This document shows positions 15,197 to 31,899 of a DNA stretch of 64,000 nucleotides, piece after piece. Positions within the stretch are counted from its first letter, which is position 1. Each line of letters opens with the position of its first letter. The notes below the pieces were generated by a model. It was not told where the DNA came from. It worked only from the letters and a program-made list of their open reading frames with translations, and searched no databases. The DNA is from Eledone cirrhosa (taxonomy: Eukaryota). The stretch is taken from contig OZ024758.1 in NCBI GenBank assembly GCA_964016885.1, forward strand, positions 32,116,001-32,180,000. The letters are read 5' to 3'. A program made the translations under genes and the position numbers.

Positions 15197-15340
15197 GTTA
15201 TTCCGGGTTGAATCGGAGGTAACCACAATAAGTAAGGTACTCAATACATTGCAGAGTATAAAAGTTTTAATATAGATGAGATTCTACAGGACTAGAACTG
15301 TTTCATTCTTTAGAAATCATCAAGAATCTGGGTATCAAAT
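15195..15340 (-). mobile_element. HHR-bearing tail fragment (HHR 15279-15329), same family as 22290-22790
   Basis: Reverse complement of about 22715-22790. Confidence 0.7.
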
Positions 15341-16293
15341 ATGACTAGGGCCAACTTCTTAGATGTCACTCTAGACCTAGATACTTCCCTCTATTACCCG
15401 TACCACAAACCTAACGAGTCCCTTAGATATATTAATGTTAATTCTAACCAACCCCAAAACATCACTGATAACTTAGTAAAAAGCGTCTCTATTAGAATCT
15501 CTGGCCTCTCTGCCAACGAAGATATTTTTAACGCCTCTGCCTCCTACTACAATGACGCCCTCGCCCGCAGCAGATTTAAAGAAAAGATAACCTACCTAGA
15601 AACCACCGCAAGATTGCAGAGGAGGAATAGGCATAGGCAGATTAGCTGGTACAACCCTCCCTTCAATAGAGAGGTCTCTACACCGATAGCTAGGATTTTC
15701 TACACTTTGCTGAAAACACACTTCCCCATACAACATAGGTACTACACCATCTTTAATAAGAACACAATAAGACTCTCCTACTCCACCACACCTAACCTAG
15801 CTAGGAATATAGCCAACCACAATTCTAAAAAATTAAATAAGCCAACCACCTCCGAACCCAATCCCCGGACTGGGGCCTTGTGTAATTGCCTAAATAAGGA
15901 AGCCTGCCCACTTGAAAACAAATGCCTGACAAATGATATCGTATACAAATGCGATGTCATCTCAGGCACCGATGATTGCAATAACAAAAAGACTTACATC
16001 GGCATGACTTCCATTAACTTTAAGACCCGTTGGTATGCCCATACCCACTCCTTCAGAAGACCGGACAAATCAAACCAGACAACACTCGCCTCAAAAGGAA
16101 CTCTACCCCCTTCACGCTTAAATGGAAAATACTCCAGAAAGCGCGCTCTTACAACGGAGGACACAAGGGCTGCGACATTTGTATCTCAGAGAGATACAAA
16201 CTGAACAAACTCTCTGAACACTACCCGAACTGCATGCACAAGAACTTTGCAACTTTCAAATACCTTAAGCCAGTGTTAAAGCCCGATGGCTAA
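15341..16293 (+). pseudogene. 5'-truncated PLE ORF (RT thumb plus GIY-YIG)
   Basis: NFLDVTLDL, YHKPNESLRYINVNSN, WYNPPFN, IRLSYSTTPN, CNC...CPL..KCL, KTYIGMT..FKTRWYAH. Confidence 0.88.
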
Positions 16294-16529
16294 AAACGAC
16301 TTCCTCCTTTTAGCCCCTCTACCTCCTTCCCACCCCACCCCCCCTCAACCTGAAATACGGCCACTATGGTTATGTGAGTACCTCTTACCTATCTGCCTTT
16401 TCTGCCTGTAGAGCTGTTTTTATGTGCCTGTGTATATGCGTATATTTATTGAGTACTTACTTCTATATATTCTAGTCGATCTACGGTTCTTATATATTTG
16501 ATATATATTTATCCTTATCGAGCCCTCTT

Positions 16530-20446
<3,917 letters not shown>

Positions 20447-20603
20447 AGTGAGTGTGTGTGTGAGTGTGTGTGTGTGTATGTATGTGTATGTATATGTATA
20501 TATATGTATGTGTATATATGTATATATATGTGTGTATATGTATATATATATATATATATATATGTATATGTATATATATGTGTATATGTGTGTATATATG
20601 TGT

Positions 20604-21195
20604 GCTACTGGTAACATGTATCCCAGTACAACCTGTCCCATGGTCGCGTCGTTGGCGACTAAACTGGCAACCCCACCAAGGTTTCTTGGTGAGGAGGTTG
20701 ACTTTGGACATCCTGCAGGACTAAAAACAAAACCTGTCAGAGGGAAAAGGAGCTCTTAAGAGTCAATGGCCATCCAAAATCACCGGGAGAGATTTCCCCT
20801 TAGCCTTTGATAAGGCAGAATTCTAAGAGAAGGAAAACTCTGATATAATACCTGCAACCCTGATGGTATCCAATGATGTTGACTTGTTCTTCTTTATGGT
20901 AAATATAATCTTGGTTAAGAGAGTGGGACTGGCTTTGTGCAGTGCCTTTGCTCACTATAAAAGCTTCACGGCACAGGCATTGCTTTATAACTGGAGACCT
21001 CTCTGCACTTGTCGTCACATGGTACCATGGGCCCAGCACTATGTGTCAATAATTGTCACAAGTGTAGTGTTTGTACCAGAGTTTTCAAGTAGCTGGCTGG
21101 ACTAAAAAGTCACACTCGTTCAGCGCATCGGTAGGGGTTCTCCTACATGGATATAAAGTAGTGGCCGTACTCGAAAACGAGTTGGCAGCCACCAT
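20604..21195 (+). mobile_element. Short non-autonomous RTE-derived element ending in a C2H2-finger-coding 3' end
   Basis: The 3' part encodes an [21 protein letters not shown]-like peptide. The terminus ggccgtactcgaaaacgagttggcagccacc(at)n resembles the end of the LINE at 59671-60500. Copies at 56698-56833, 57190-57510 and 61655-61982. Confidence 0.65.
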
Positions 21196-21340
21196 ATGTA
21201 TATATATATATGTATGTATGTGTATGTATGTGTATATATATGTATATGTATATATATGTGTGTATATATGTATATATATGTATATATGTATGTATATGTA
21301 TATGTATATATATATATGTGTGTATATGTATATGTATATA

Positions 21341-21387
<47 letters not shown>

Positions 21388-22075
21388 GTGTGTATGTATG
21401 TATGTATGTGTATATATATGTGTACATGTGTGTGAGTGTGTGTATATGTATATGCGTGTATATGTATGTTTTTGTGTATGTTTGTATATGTGTATATATA
21501 TGTATATGTATGTGTATGTGTGTATATGTGTGTGTATATATGTATATATGTATGTATATGCGTATATATATGTATATATGCATACGCGTGTATGTGTGTA
21601 TATATGTGTATATATATGTGTGTATATGTATGTATGTGTGTATGTATGTATATGTATGTGTGTATGTATGTATATGTGTGTGTATGTGTATATATGTATA
21701 TATATATATGGATATATATATATGTATATATGTGTGTATTTGTGTGTGTATATATATATATATGTATGTGTATATGTGTATATATATGTGTGTATGTGTG
21801 TATATGTGTATATATATATATGTGTGTGTGTATATGTATATATATGTATATATGTGTGTATATATATATGTATATATATATGTGTATATGTATATGTGTG
21901 TATGTATGTGTATATATGTGTGTATATGTGTACACTTGTGTGTATGTGTGTATATGTATGTATATATATGTGTATGTATGTGTATATATATATATGTATA
22001 TATATGTATATATGGTTTTATGTGTGTATATATTTATATATATTATGTATATATATGTATATATATATGTATATA

Positions 22076-22140
<65 letters not shown>

Positions 22141-22161
22141 ATATATATGTGTATATGTATA

Positions 22162-22244
<83 letters not shown>

Positions 22245-22280
22245 CTGTGAGTGCGCGCGAGTGTGTGAGTGCGTGTGTTT
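21195..22280. repeat. About 1.1 kb compound (TA)/(TG) microsatellite
   Basis: Direct reading. Similar blocks at 56830-57190 and 60500-61045. Confidence 0.97.
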
Positions 22281-22723
22281 CTGAATGTGTCTGTTGACTT
22301 TTGGAATATAGTTTAAGAGAAATTTGAAGATAATGGTATGATAAGCACTCAATATTTTGAACTGGTCTATAGAATTCTCTAGGCCTTTGTCACTAAGCAG
22401 AACCTTAAAGAATTAGCTTTTAAAGAACTTCCCTTTTCTTTAAATCCATCAACCATGACTGACCCCCAACGATCTTGTAGACACCTGAAATCTTGGCATT
22501 GTTAGCTTAAGAAAAACTTAAAAATAAGGAGTGGCGCCCCATTCTGAACTTGTTTATAGAATTCTTTCTGCCTTTGTTACTCTAAATATAAATTATAGCT
22601 TTAAAGAATTCGCTTTTAATGAATTCCCTTTTCTATCAACCAATGACCTCTACCCATCCCACTCCCTACCCTCTCCTACCACCTGAAGAGACCTATAAAT
22701 ACCATATTTATTTTTTGATACCC

Positions 22724-22774
22724 AGATTCCTGATGATTTCTAAAGAATGAAACAGTTCTAGTCCTGTAGAATCT
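22724..22774 (+). ncRNA. Type I hammerhead ribozyme candidate
   Basis: Stem I agattc/gaatct, CTGATGA, t-ttc-taaa-gaa-t, GAAACag-ttctagtc-ctGTA. Confidence 0.8.
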
Positions 22775-22789
22775 CATCTATATTAAAAC

Positions 22790-22884
<95 letters not shown>

Positions 22885-23084
22885 AATAACAAAGAACGCC
22901 TATAGCATATGCATATCTTTACTTGCTAACATTGTTTCATCCGCACTATAAGTGGGACTCATCAGAGCATAAAGGTTAATTACATACCATACAAGCAATA
23001 ACAAATCCAAGACATTGAAGAATGAAAAATAATAGAAGATAATGGATATTAAGGAAGTAAAAGTAAAAATAAGAATAAAAATAA

Positions 23085-23215
23085 AAATAAAAATAAAAAT
23101 AAAAATAAAAATAAAAATAAAAATAAAAATAAAAATAAAAATAAAAATAAAAATAAAAATAAAAATAAAAATAAAAATAAAAATAAAAATAAAAATAAAA
23201 ATAAAAATAAAATAA
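23085..23215. repeat. (TAAAAA)n hexamer array
   Basis: Direct reading. The array is much shorter in the mirror arm at about 28400-28425. Confidence 0.95.
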
Positions 23216-23621
23216 TAAAATAAACAATGAAAAATACGGGGTGCTATCAGTCACAGTTGGGCGGGGTGCTGTCAACATATAGTTACATACAAGCATACAC
23301 ATGGATAAGAGAACAGACAAGAGTAGATAAGATAGATAGGATTAGGTAAGAGTAGGTAAAAAATAGGTGAAAAACAGACTTATAATATATATAAGAAAAT
23401 ATAAAGAAATACATAACAAACTTACATATAAAATATAAAATATACAGATAATAGTGATACAGGGTAAGGAATGAAATAAAATAATATAAAATTAAAATTA
23501 AAATTATATAAAATAGAACATAATATAATATAATCATAAAATAAGATAAAATAAGGTAAACTAAAATAAAATAAAATAGACTAAAGTAAAATAATATAAT
23601 ATAAGATATAATTAAATGTAA

Positions 23622-23653
<32 letters not shown>

Positions 23654-25251
23654 ATTAAATTAAATAAATAAATTAAATTAAAATTAAAATTAAAATTAAA
23701 ATTAAAATTAAATTTAAATAAATAAATAAATAAATAAGTAAATAAATAAATAAATAAATAAATAAATGAAATTAAATAAGTAAATAAATAAAATTAGATA
23801 AAATGAAATGAAATAAAATAAAATAAAATGAAATAAGATATATATTTTTTTAGAATATATCTCTTGAATATATCAGGGGCCCACGAAGGCACTAAGTGTC
23901 ACAGTTATCTGTATCACTTGACCATTTTTTAAAAAAATATTTCTTGAAAATATCAGGGGCCCACGAAGGCACTAAGTGTCACAGTCACCAGTATCACTTG
24001 ACCATTGCAAGGCAATGGAGGCGTCCCAGGTTGGGCAGTCTCAAAAGTTCACTCGAAAGTCGCGGGTGTGCATTCACACAGTTGAGCGGTGGGGTAATCA
24101 CAAACCGGTTCACACCCGGGCAGGAGTCCAATGGTCAGACAGAGGTGCATCGAAGGAAGGTAGGAGAATTCACGTGCCGTAGCAGGCGAGGTGCAGGCGG
24201 GTTAGCCAAAGCAAGCAGACACAGTTGGAGCGCATACAAAAGATATATAAAAAGACAAAAGATATATAAAAAATAGCTTCAAGAGCCATGAAGTCACCGC
24301 ATTGGGACATCACAAGATTGTACACATCAATATGTTCAGCACGTATATGCACATATACACACCACATGCATATGCAGAGACGGTATACATATATATATAT
24401 ATATATATTTATATACAGACATATACAACCACCTACACCCATACACATATAAATGTATACACGGACACACACGCACACACACACAGCGTAGGACACCCGG
24501 GTCAAAGCTGATATTAAACACCGAAATACCACATTAGGCAAGACCCACCACCACGGATAATACATTCAAAATAAATACATACGATGAGATGTAGTAAAAT
24601 AAAGTTGAATTCCTACGGAGATAATCATGTCCGCACGTGCCATTGCCCGATTCAAGTGTACACAGACCGTTAGTAACTACGGAGGGCTATCGGGGCCAAA
24701 ACGTTACTTTCGGGATCATAACAACGACCGTCAATATATGGAAGGCCGATCGTGCTAGAAAGACTACAACCCCGGGCAAGAGCTCCCAGAAGTCAGCCTG
24801 TAGATCTTAAACCACAGAATATGAAGGCAACACGTACATGCGCCACGTATCTACTGCTTACGGCGGGATGGCACAGGTCCGCCCACAGTTACAGGCTAAA
24901 TTTCTATTAGTGCAGCCTATATCACAGTACACGCTCTACATAAATACATTACATCACAACTCATGCGCATACAGAGGTACAGATCCACAAGATATACGTC
25001 AGGATAGACCCACCAATGCACCAATGGTGGGTAGGCGAGCGTGGATGGGTTACATCCGCTGTACCAAACAGGGGTGCTTATTAACATACACACCCACTCA
25101 CCTGTACACCCCAATATCCAGATCAATATCCTCCCGCAGTCATACGTATACACTCACCGACTCATATACATAGAAGACCAACAATAGGAGACAGTTACAC
25201 ACAATCAGAGACAGTTACACAAGATAGCCCAACTGGAGAAATAAGGAAGTG

Positions 25252-26205
25252 CTAGCTAACAGGTTTAAAGTAGAAGAAAGAGCTTAATATTCGGTGGGGG
25301 CAAGAGGAAAATATTTCAGACTTTCTATTTAGTAGAGGGCATTTAGCAAATATAATAGAGTGGGATTCGGCAAGGCATAGGTTACATACTCTATTATGAG
25401 GAGTATATGGATGGGATTTAGCAACCTGCCGCCAAGTAAGTGTGTAATGTGTTCGTGCATTTTTTAAATTATGGACGTACGCTGCCAAGGAGGTGGAGTT
25501 CCTCAGTTTATTATGTCTAAAAGTGCATTGGTGAGAGTTAAACCTGGTCTTAAAGGGGGTGGAGGTTGATCCTATATAGGTTTTAGTGGACGCCGTAGTT
25601 ACCACATCACACGCATAAACTATGTTTCTAACAAGGCAGAAACCATTCAGGGGGCAGCCTGAAGCCCTTCTACAGTTACAACCTCTGGTGATGCTATTCT
25701 CAGAATGATCACCACTTGTGTTTCTGCCCACTCTGTCCACTACCGTGTTTTCCCCTAGGCTTAGGTTGTCCAGGCCTTCCTTTATTTTCTTATTATTAGT
25801 AATGGCCAGATGAGAGGCCAGATTTTGGGTTGTAGAATACGAAAGTTTAACAACATTCTTATTGAGGATAGAGTGGTACCTATTACCAGGAGGGAAGTTC
25901 CTTTCTAACACAGAGAAGAAGGCCCTAGGAATATTTATAGCCACTTCAGAATTAAAAGGGGGGTTGAAGTATGTATTCAATCTTCTTCTATTCTTTTTAT
26001 TCTTTCTATTTCCATCAGTATTATTAGCATTATTATTTCTACGGTTCCTATGCTCACCTAGTCTATGCGGGGAGCTGCGAGGCCTACCATTGCTATTACT
26101 TAGACTAATGGTGCCCTGCTGGTTCATTCCACCGGCATCTAGAAACCTCCCATTCGCGACACCTCTATTGCTATTACTTAGACTAATGGTGCCCTGCTGC
26201 TTCAT
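25252..26205 (-). pseudogene. PLE linker plus GIY-YIG endonuclease region (5'-truncated, open frame)
   Basis: YFNPPFN, VKLSYSTTQN, CNC..CPL..FCL, KTYIGST..FKTRFNSH, CNLCLAE, LLNRKSEIFSSCPH. Confidence 0.9.
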
Positions 26206-27857
26206 TCCACCGGCATTTAGAACCCTCCCATTCGCGACACCTCCTTGCCTTGCCGAATCCCACTCTATTATATTTGCTAAATGCCCTCTACTAAATAGAA
26301 AGTCTGAAATATTTTCCTCTTGCCCCCACCGAATATTAAGCTCTTTCTTCTACTTTAAACCTGTTAGCTAGCACTTCCTTATTTCTCCAGTTGGGCTATC
26401 TTGTGTAACTGTCTCTGATTGTGTGTAACTGTCTCCTATTGTTGGTCTTCTATGTATATGAGTCGGTGAGTGTATACGTATGTCTGCGGGAGGATATTGA
26501 TCTGGATATTGGGGTGTACAGGTGAGTGGGTGTGTATGTTAATAAGCACCCCTGTTTGGCACAGCGGATGTAACCCATCCACGCTCGCCTACCCACCATT
26601 GGTGCATTGGTGGGTCTATCCTGACGTATATCTTGTGGATCTGTACCTCTGTATGCGCATGAGTTGTGATGTAATGTATTTATGTAGAGCGTGTACTGTG
26701 ATATAGGCTGCACTAATAGAAATTTAGCCTGTAACTGTGGGCGGACCTGTGCCATCCCGCCGTAAGCAGTAGATACGTGGCGCATGTACGTGTTGCCCTC
26801 ATATTCTGTGGTTTAAGATCTACAGGCTGACTTCTGGGAGCTCTTGCCCGGGGTTGTAGTCTTTCTAGCACGATCGGCCTTCCATATATTGACGGTCGTT
26901 GTTATGATCCCGAAAGTAACGTTTTGGCCCCGATAGCCCTCCGTAGTTACTAACGGTCTGTGTACACTTGAATCGGGCAATGGCACGTGCGGACATGATT
27001 ATCTCCGTAGGAATTCAACTTTATTTTACTACATCTCATCGTATGTATTTATTTTGAATGTATTATCCGTGGTGGTGGGTCTTGCCTAATGTGGTATTTC
27101 GGTGTTTAATATCAGCTTTGACCCGGGTGTCCTACGCTGTGTGTGTGTGCGTGTGTGTCCGTGTATACATTTATATGTGTATGGGTGTAGGTGGTTGTAT
27201 ATGTCTGTATATAAAAATATATATATATATATATGTATACCGTCTCTGCATATGCATGTGGTGTGTATATGTGCATATACGTGCTGAACATATTGATGTG
27301 TACAATCTTGTGATGTCCCAATGCGGTGACTTCATGGCTCTTGAAGCTATTTTTTATATATCTTTTGTCTTTTTATATATCTTTTGTATGCGCTCCAACT
27401 GTGTCTGCTTGCTTTGGCTAACCCGCCTGCACCTCGCCTGCTACGGCACGTGAATTCTCCTACCTTCCTTCGATGCACCTCTGTCTGACCATTGGACTCC
27501 TGCCCGGGTGTGAACCGGTTTGTGATTACCCCACCGCTCAACTGTGTGAATGCACACCCGCGACTTTCGAGTGAACTTTTGAGACTGCCCAACCTGGGAC
27601 GCCTCCATTGCCTTGCAATGGTCAAGTGATACTGGTGACTGTGACACTTAGTGCCTTCGTGGGCCCCTGATATTTTCAAGAAATATTTTAAAAAAAAATG
27701 GTCAAGTGATACAGATAGCTGTGACACTTAGTGCCTTCGTGGGCCCCTGATATATTCAAGAGATATATTCTAAAAAAATATATATCTTATTTCATTTTAT
27801 TTTATTTTATTTCATTTCATTTTATCTAATTTTATTTATTTACTTATTTAATTTCAT

Positions 27858-27888
<31 letters not shown>

Positions 27889-27889
27889 C

Positions 27890-27921
<32 letters not shown>

Positions 27922-27977
27922 ATTTAATTTTAATTTTAATTTTAATTTTAATTTTAATTTTATTTATTTATTTAATT

Positions 27978-28009
<32 letters not shown>

Positions 28010-28526
28010 TTACATTTAATTATATCTTATATTATATTATTTTACTTTAGTCTATTTTATTTTATTTTAGTTTACCTTATTTTATGATTATATTATATTA
28101 TGTTCTATTTTATATAATTTTAATTTTAATTTTATATTATTTTATTTCATTCCTTACCCTGTATCACTATTATCTGTATATTTTATATTTTATATGTAAG
28201 TTTGTTATGTATTTCTTTATATTTTCTTATATATATTATAAGTCTGTTTTTCACCTATTTTTTACCTACTCTTACCTAATCCTATCTATCTTATCTACTC
28301 TTGTCTGTTCTCTTATCCATGTGTATGCTTGTATGTAACTATATGTTGACAGCACCCCGCCCAACTGTGACTGATAGCACCCCGTATTTTTCATTGTTTA
28401 TTTTATTATTTTATTTTTATTTTTATTCTTATTTTTACTTTTACTTCCTTAATATCCTTTATCTTCTATTATTTTTCATTCTTCAATGTCTTGGATTTGT
28501 TATTGCTTGTATGGTATGTAATTAAC

Positions 28527-28584
28527 CTTTATGCTCTGATGAGTCCCACTTATAGTGCGGATGAAACAATGTTAGCAAGTAAAG
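28527..28584 (+). ncRNA. Type I hammerhead ribozyme candidate in the PLE tail
   Basis: tgct-CTGATGA-gtcccact-tat-agtgcggat-GAAAC-aat-GTT-agca. Confidence 0.78.
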
Positions 28585-28729
28585 ATATGCATATGCTATA
28601 GGCGTTCTTTGTTATTTATTATATCACGGCTCGGTCCTTAGACATTGAGCTAACCTTATACTGCCTGCTGGATAAGTGGAGTGTTATACACCCCTGATCC
28701 TCTCCCTAGTATACTATATATATATATAT

Positions 28730-29343
28730 AAACGGAAAAAATGAAACGAAATTTCATTTCCCACTCTTAGTACGGCTGATACTTAAATATAAGTATGTAC
28801 ACATACATGCATATATGTATACAGACGCACAGTAGTATGTATGTATATATATACATACATACACACATATATATATATGTACGTATGGATTCACCGAACA
28901 TTTATTATGATGCTCGGTGTGTTTGTAAACAAACATCCCGTATTAAGCCGTAGTGTTTAGCAACTATGGTTGCTCGTTTGTTCAACACTGACAAAGGAAC
29001 GCTGTACTAGTTTCAAGCTTATTAGCTATCGTCAGCAACGTATACCTTTCTGCCAGATTGTTGAACGTATATACTTACCTTATGCATATTAACGGCTGAG
29101 GAGCCCAATTTGCATATCATGCGCTTGAAACTAGTACAGCGTTCCTTTGTCAGTGTTGAACAAACGAGCAACGATGGTTGCTAGACACTACGGCTTAATA
29201 CGGGATGTTTGTTTACAAACACACCGAGGATTATAATAAATGTTCGGTAAATCCATACGTACATATATATATGTGTGCATGTATGTATATATATATACAT
29301 ACTACTGTACGTCTGTATACATATATGTATGTACGTGTACATA

Positions 29344-29345
<2 letters not shown>
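28730..29345. mobile_element. Fold-back element with HHR 29000-29040 (-); relatives at about 3780-4010 and 44790-45440 (HHR 44994-45037 minus)
   Basis: cgttg-CTGACGA-t-agct-aata-agct-t-GAAAC-ta-GTA-cagcg. The right arm begins inside the HHR at about 29123. Confidence 0.75.
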
Positions 29346-29378
<33 letters not shown>

Positions 29379-29399
29379 TTTCTGAATTTGTTTAGCAAG

Positions 29400-29890
29400 A
29401 TTCTTTATCTGAAATCGTGTGTTGAAACCGATATCGTTATACTTTGGGAGGGTCATGTTGCCAATAAGAAACACACGCACCAGTTGCTTTCACTTCAATT
29501 TATTATATATTTATAAATTTATAAATTTACAAATCTACAAATCTATAAATTTCTGGTTGGTTGGTTGGTTCCACAACCAGATAGTTGTTTATATATAGTC
29601 ATAGTCCTTTCGTCACACACTCTGTGACCTCTTCAGTGACTGGGGATTCCTTTCTTTGTTTCTGTGCCTTTCCTTTCTTCTGTCCTACGCCATTTTGTTT
29701 CTGTGTGTGGAACCAACCAACCAACCAGAAATTTATAGATTTGTAGATTTGTAAATTTATAAATTTATAAATATATAATAAATTGAAGTGAAAGCAACTG
29801 GTGCGTGTGTTTCTTATTGGCAACGTGACCCTCCCAAAGTATAACAATATATATATATATATATTGTTATACTTGGGGAGGGTCATATTT
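29400..29890. mobile_element. Fold-back tail element with HHR 29597-29641 (-)
   Basis: Arms about 29435-29575 and 29707-29845. Motif agtca-CTGAAGA-g-gtcac-agagtgt-gtgac-GAAA-gga-CTA-tgact. Related to 35410-36415. Confidence 0.7.
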
Positions 29891-31180
29891 GTGTAATATT
29901 GCCAGAATTAATAACAGAACACACTCACTGTTTGGTTGGTTTTCGCTTCTCGCTGTCTTTTATATCGGTAATCTAACTTACTCGGTCCTCAATGTTGCCA
30001 TTGACTGACCGACGGTCAAAAATAATACAGATACAATATAGACACAAACACATATATATAGTTTATCATAAATCTTTCGTTGCACATCTGCAACATCGTC
30101 AGTGGTGTTATATTTTCCTCCGGTTGTGTTGTATGTCTACGCCATTTTTATTCAGTCTGTCTATATATTTATTTATTTATTTACTTGTTTGTTTATTTTA
30201 TTTTGTCTTCTTTGCGCATGCGTTTGCGTGTGTGTATAGTGTTGTTTGCTGTGTGATGGGTGACTAGTGTGTGTTTATGTGCTTGTTGTTATTGTGCTTG
30301 TGTATGTATTTATTTATTTATCTTATTTTATTTACTTATTTATACTTCTCTTAGGTCAGTGTTGTTTGTTTGGGTGTTGTTGTTATTCCATTCATTCTTT
30401 CTGTTTAGCCTTGGTCTTCTAATTTCTATTTCACTGGCCTCTCTGATTTGCCTATCTGCTGGGTCATTTCTATGTTTAGATATTATTCTAATTTCTATGT
30501 TGTCTATGTTACCGTCATGTTGTTGTTTAGCCTGTTCGTATAGTACTGACCCGTTTTTTCGTCCTTTTAGTTCCCCCCAGTGTTGGTCTATCCTTTCACC
30601 TATGCTACGAGCTGTCTCACCTATGTATGTTGTTGTCATGTATCTGCAAGTACCCTCTGTACATCTTATGCTATAGACTACGTTTCTAGTTTTACAGTTT
30701 ATCCAGGGGTTCACCTTACATATGATACATTTCCTATTGGTACAGTGGGTTTTCTTAAAAGGGTAGGTTTTGCTGATGAGGGATTTTATGGTGGTTCCTG
30801 GCTTTTCTACCACCTTTATTTTTAAGTGGGTCTTTCTCAGGGGCTTTCTACACTGGTTAGCTAATTTCCCTCCAGGGGTGGCGTCCACAAACATGACACT
30901 CTGGTATCTCTGGTTGTCGTACCATGAGGTGGCTTTCCCTATCTTATGTCTAGCCCTATCTAAGCTATTCCATGATTTGCTCCTGTATAATGGGCAAATT
31001 CCTTTCATGTCCAGTTCTATGAGGGTCTTATACTTTTCCATGGCTCCTTCGTATACTCTGACTCTGTCTCTTTGGTTGTAGCCAGAGAACTGCATGCGGT
31101 TGATGAAGTGTTGGATGTGTCTTTCCATTTCTGTTGGGTCGCACATGCGGGACACATTCTTCATCACTCGTAACAAATCT
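29890..31180 (-). mobile_element. Penelope-like element of a distinct clade (RT C-terminus plus GIY-YIG at 30340-31180; tail with HHR-like motif at about 30066-30117)
   Basis: MQFSGY, PLYRSKSW, VMFVDATPGGKLA, IKVVEKPG, C..C..C, NVVYSIRC, YIGETARS..ER, RQIREA..I...RPRLNRKNEW. Confidence 0.85.
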
Positions 31181-31240
31181 GCGATTGAAATATTATGAAA
31201 TACTGTTGGCTTCTTGCTCACATTAATTTCTCTATTTTCA

Positions 31241-31425
31241 GGGCGGTGGATTGGCAGTATCAGTAGAGGGTCGGACGCCATGCTTTCCAGTATAGTTACG
31301 TCCCCTTACGATCTGAGTTCAAATCCCGCCGAGGTTGACTTTGCCTTTCATCCTTACGGGGTCGATAAAATAAAGTACCAGTAATGCACTGGGTAATTGC
31401 TGGCCTTGTGCCTAAAGTAGAGACA
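31241..31425 (+). mobile_element. Full-length tRNA-type SINE with a 19-bp target-site duplication
   Basis: A-box-like tggcagtatcagtag and B-box-like gagttcaaatcc. TSD attaatttctctattttca at 31222-31240 and 31426-31444. Confidence 0.85.
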
Positions 31426-31446
31426 ATTAATTTCTCTATTTTCATT

Positions 31447-31478
<32 letters not shown>

Positions 31479-31837
31479 CACACACATACACATACAAACG
31501 TATACAAATACACATATACATATATATATGTATATACACACACACATATAAGTACACACACACACACACTTACACACGCACATATGGATACATATACACA
31601 CACACATACAAACAAACATGCATACACACACGTATGCACATGAAACCATATATCCACACACGTACATAAATACATATACAAAACACACCACACACACATG
31701 GATAAGGTCAACCAGATCAAGAGCGAGAAGAGCAGACAAAAAAAAAAATAAAAAATGAATAAATAAATATATAAATATAAAAATATAAAGACAAAAATGA
31801 ACGGGCTGAGAAAGAAATAAAAACAAAAAAAATCATA

Positions 31838-31887
<50 letters not shown>

Positions 31888-31899
31888 CACATACATATA

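Larger units (their letters stand above)
22877..28714. mobile_element. 5.8-kb PLE fold-back with arms of about 2.4-2.5 kb (22877-25378 and 26246-28623) and a GIY-YIG-coding spacer
   Basis: Mirror-image ORFs in the track (24838-25173 vs 26450-26785, 23896-24276 vs 27347-27727). HHR at about 22918-22975 (-) and 28527-28584 (+). Confidence 0.92.

Noticed and set aside
21120-22352. Long ORFs of 300-410 aa rich in Y/I/H/T/C/V/M (also 56758-57499 and 60477-61116)
   Set aside because: These are translations of TA/TG microsatellites that lack stop codons, not genes.
23896-25173. ORFs of 111-131 aa duplicated at 26450-27727
   Set aside because: They are identical only because of the inverted repeat. 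They lie in the PLE UTR with no coding signature.
29095-29140. Plus-strand HHR (CTGAGGA...GAAACTAGTA)
   Set aside because: Probably a chance juxtaposition at the inversion junction. Stems I and II pair poorly.
31180-31281. N-terminus of ORF 30340-31281
   Set aside because: The frame runs through an unrelated repeat and a SINE, so the start is fortuitous.
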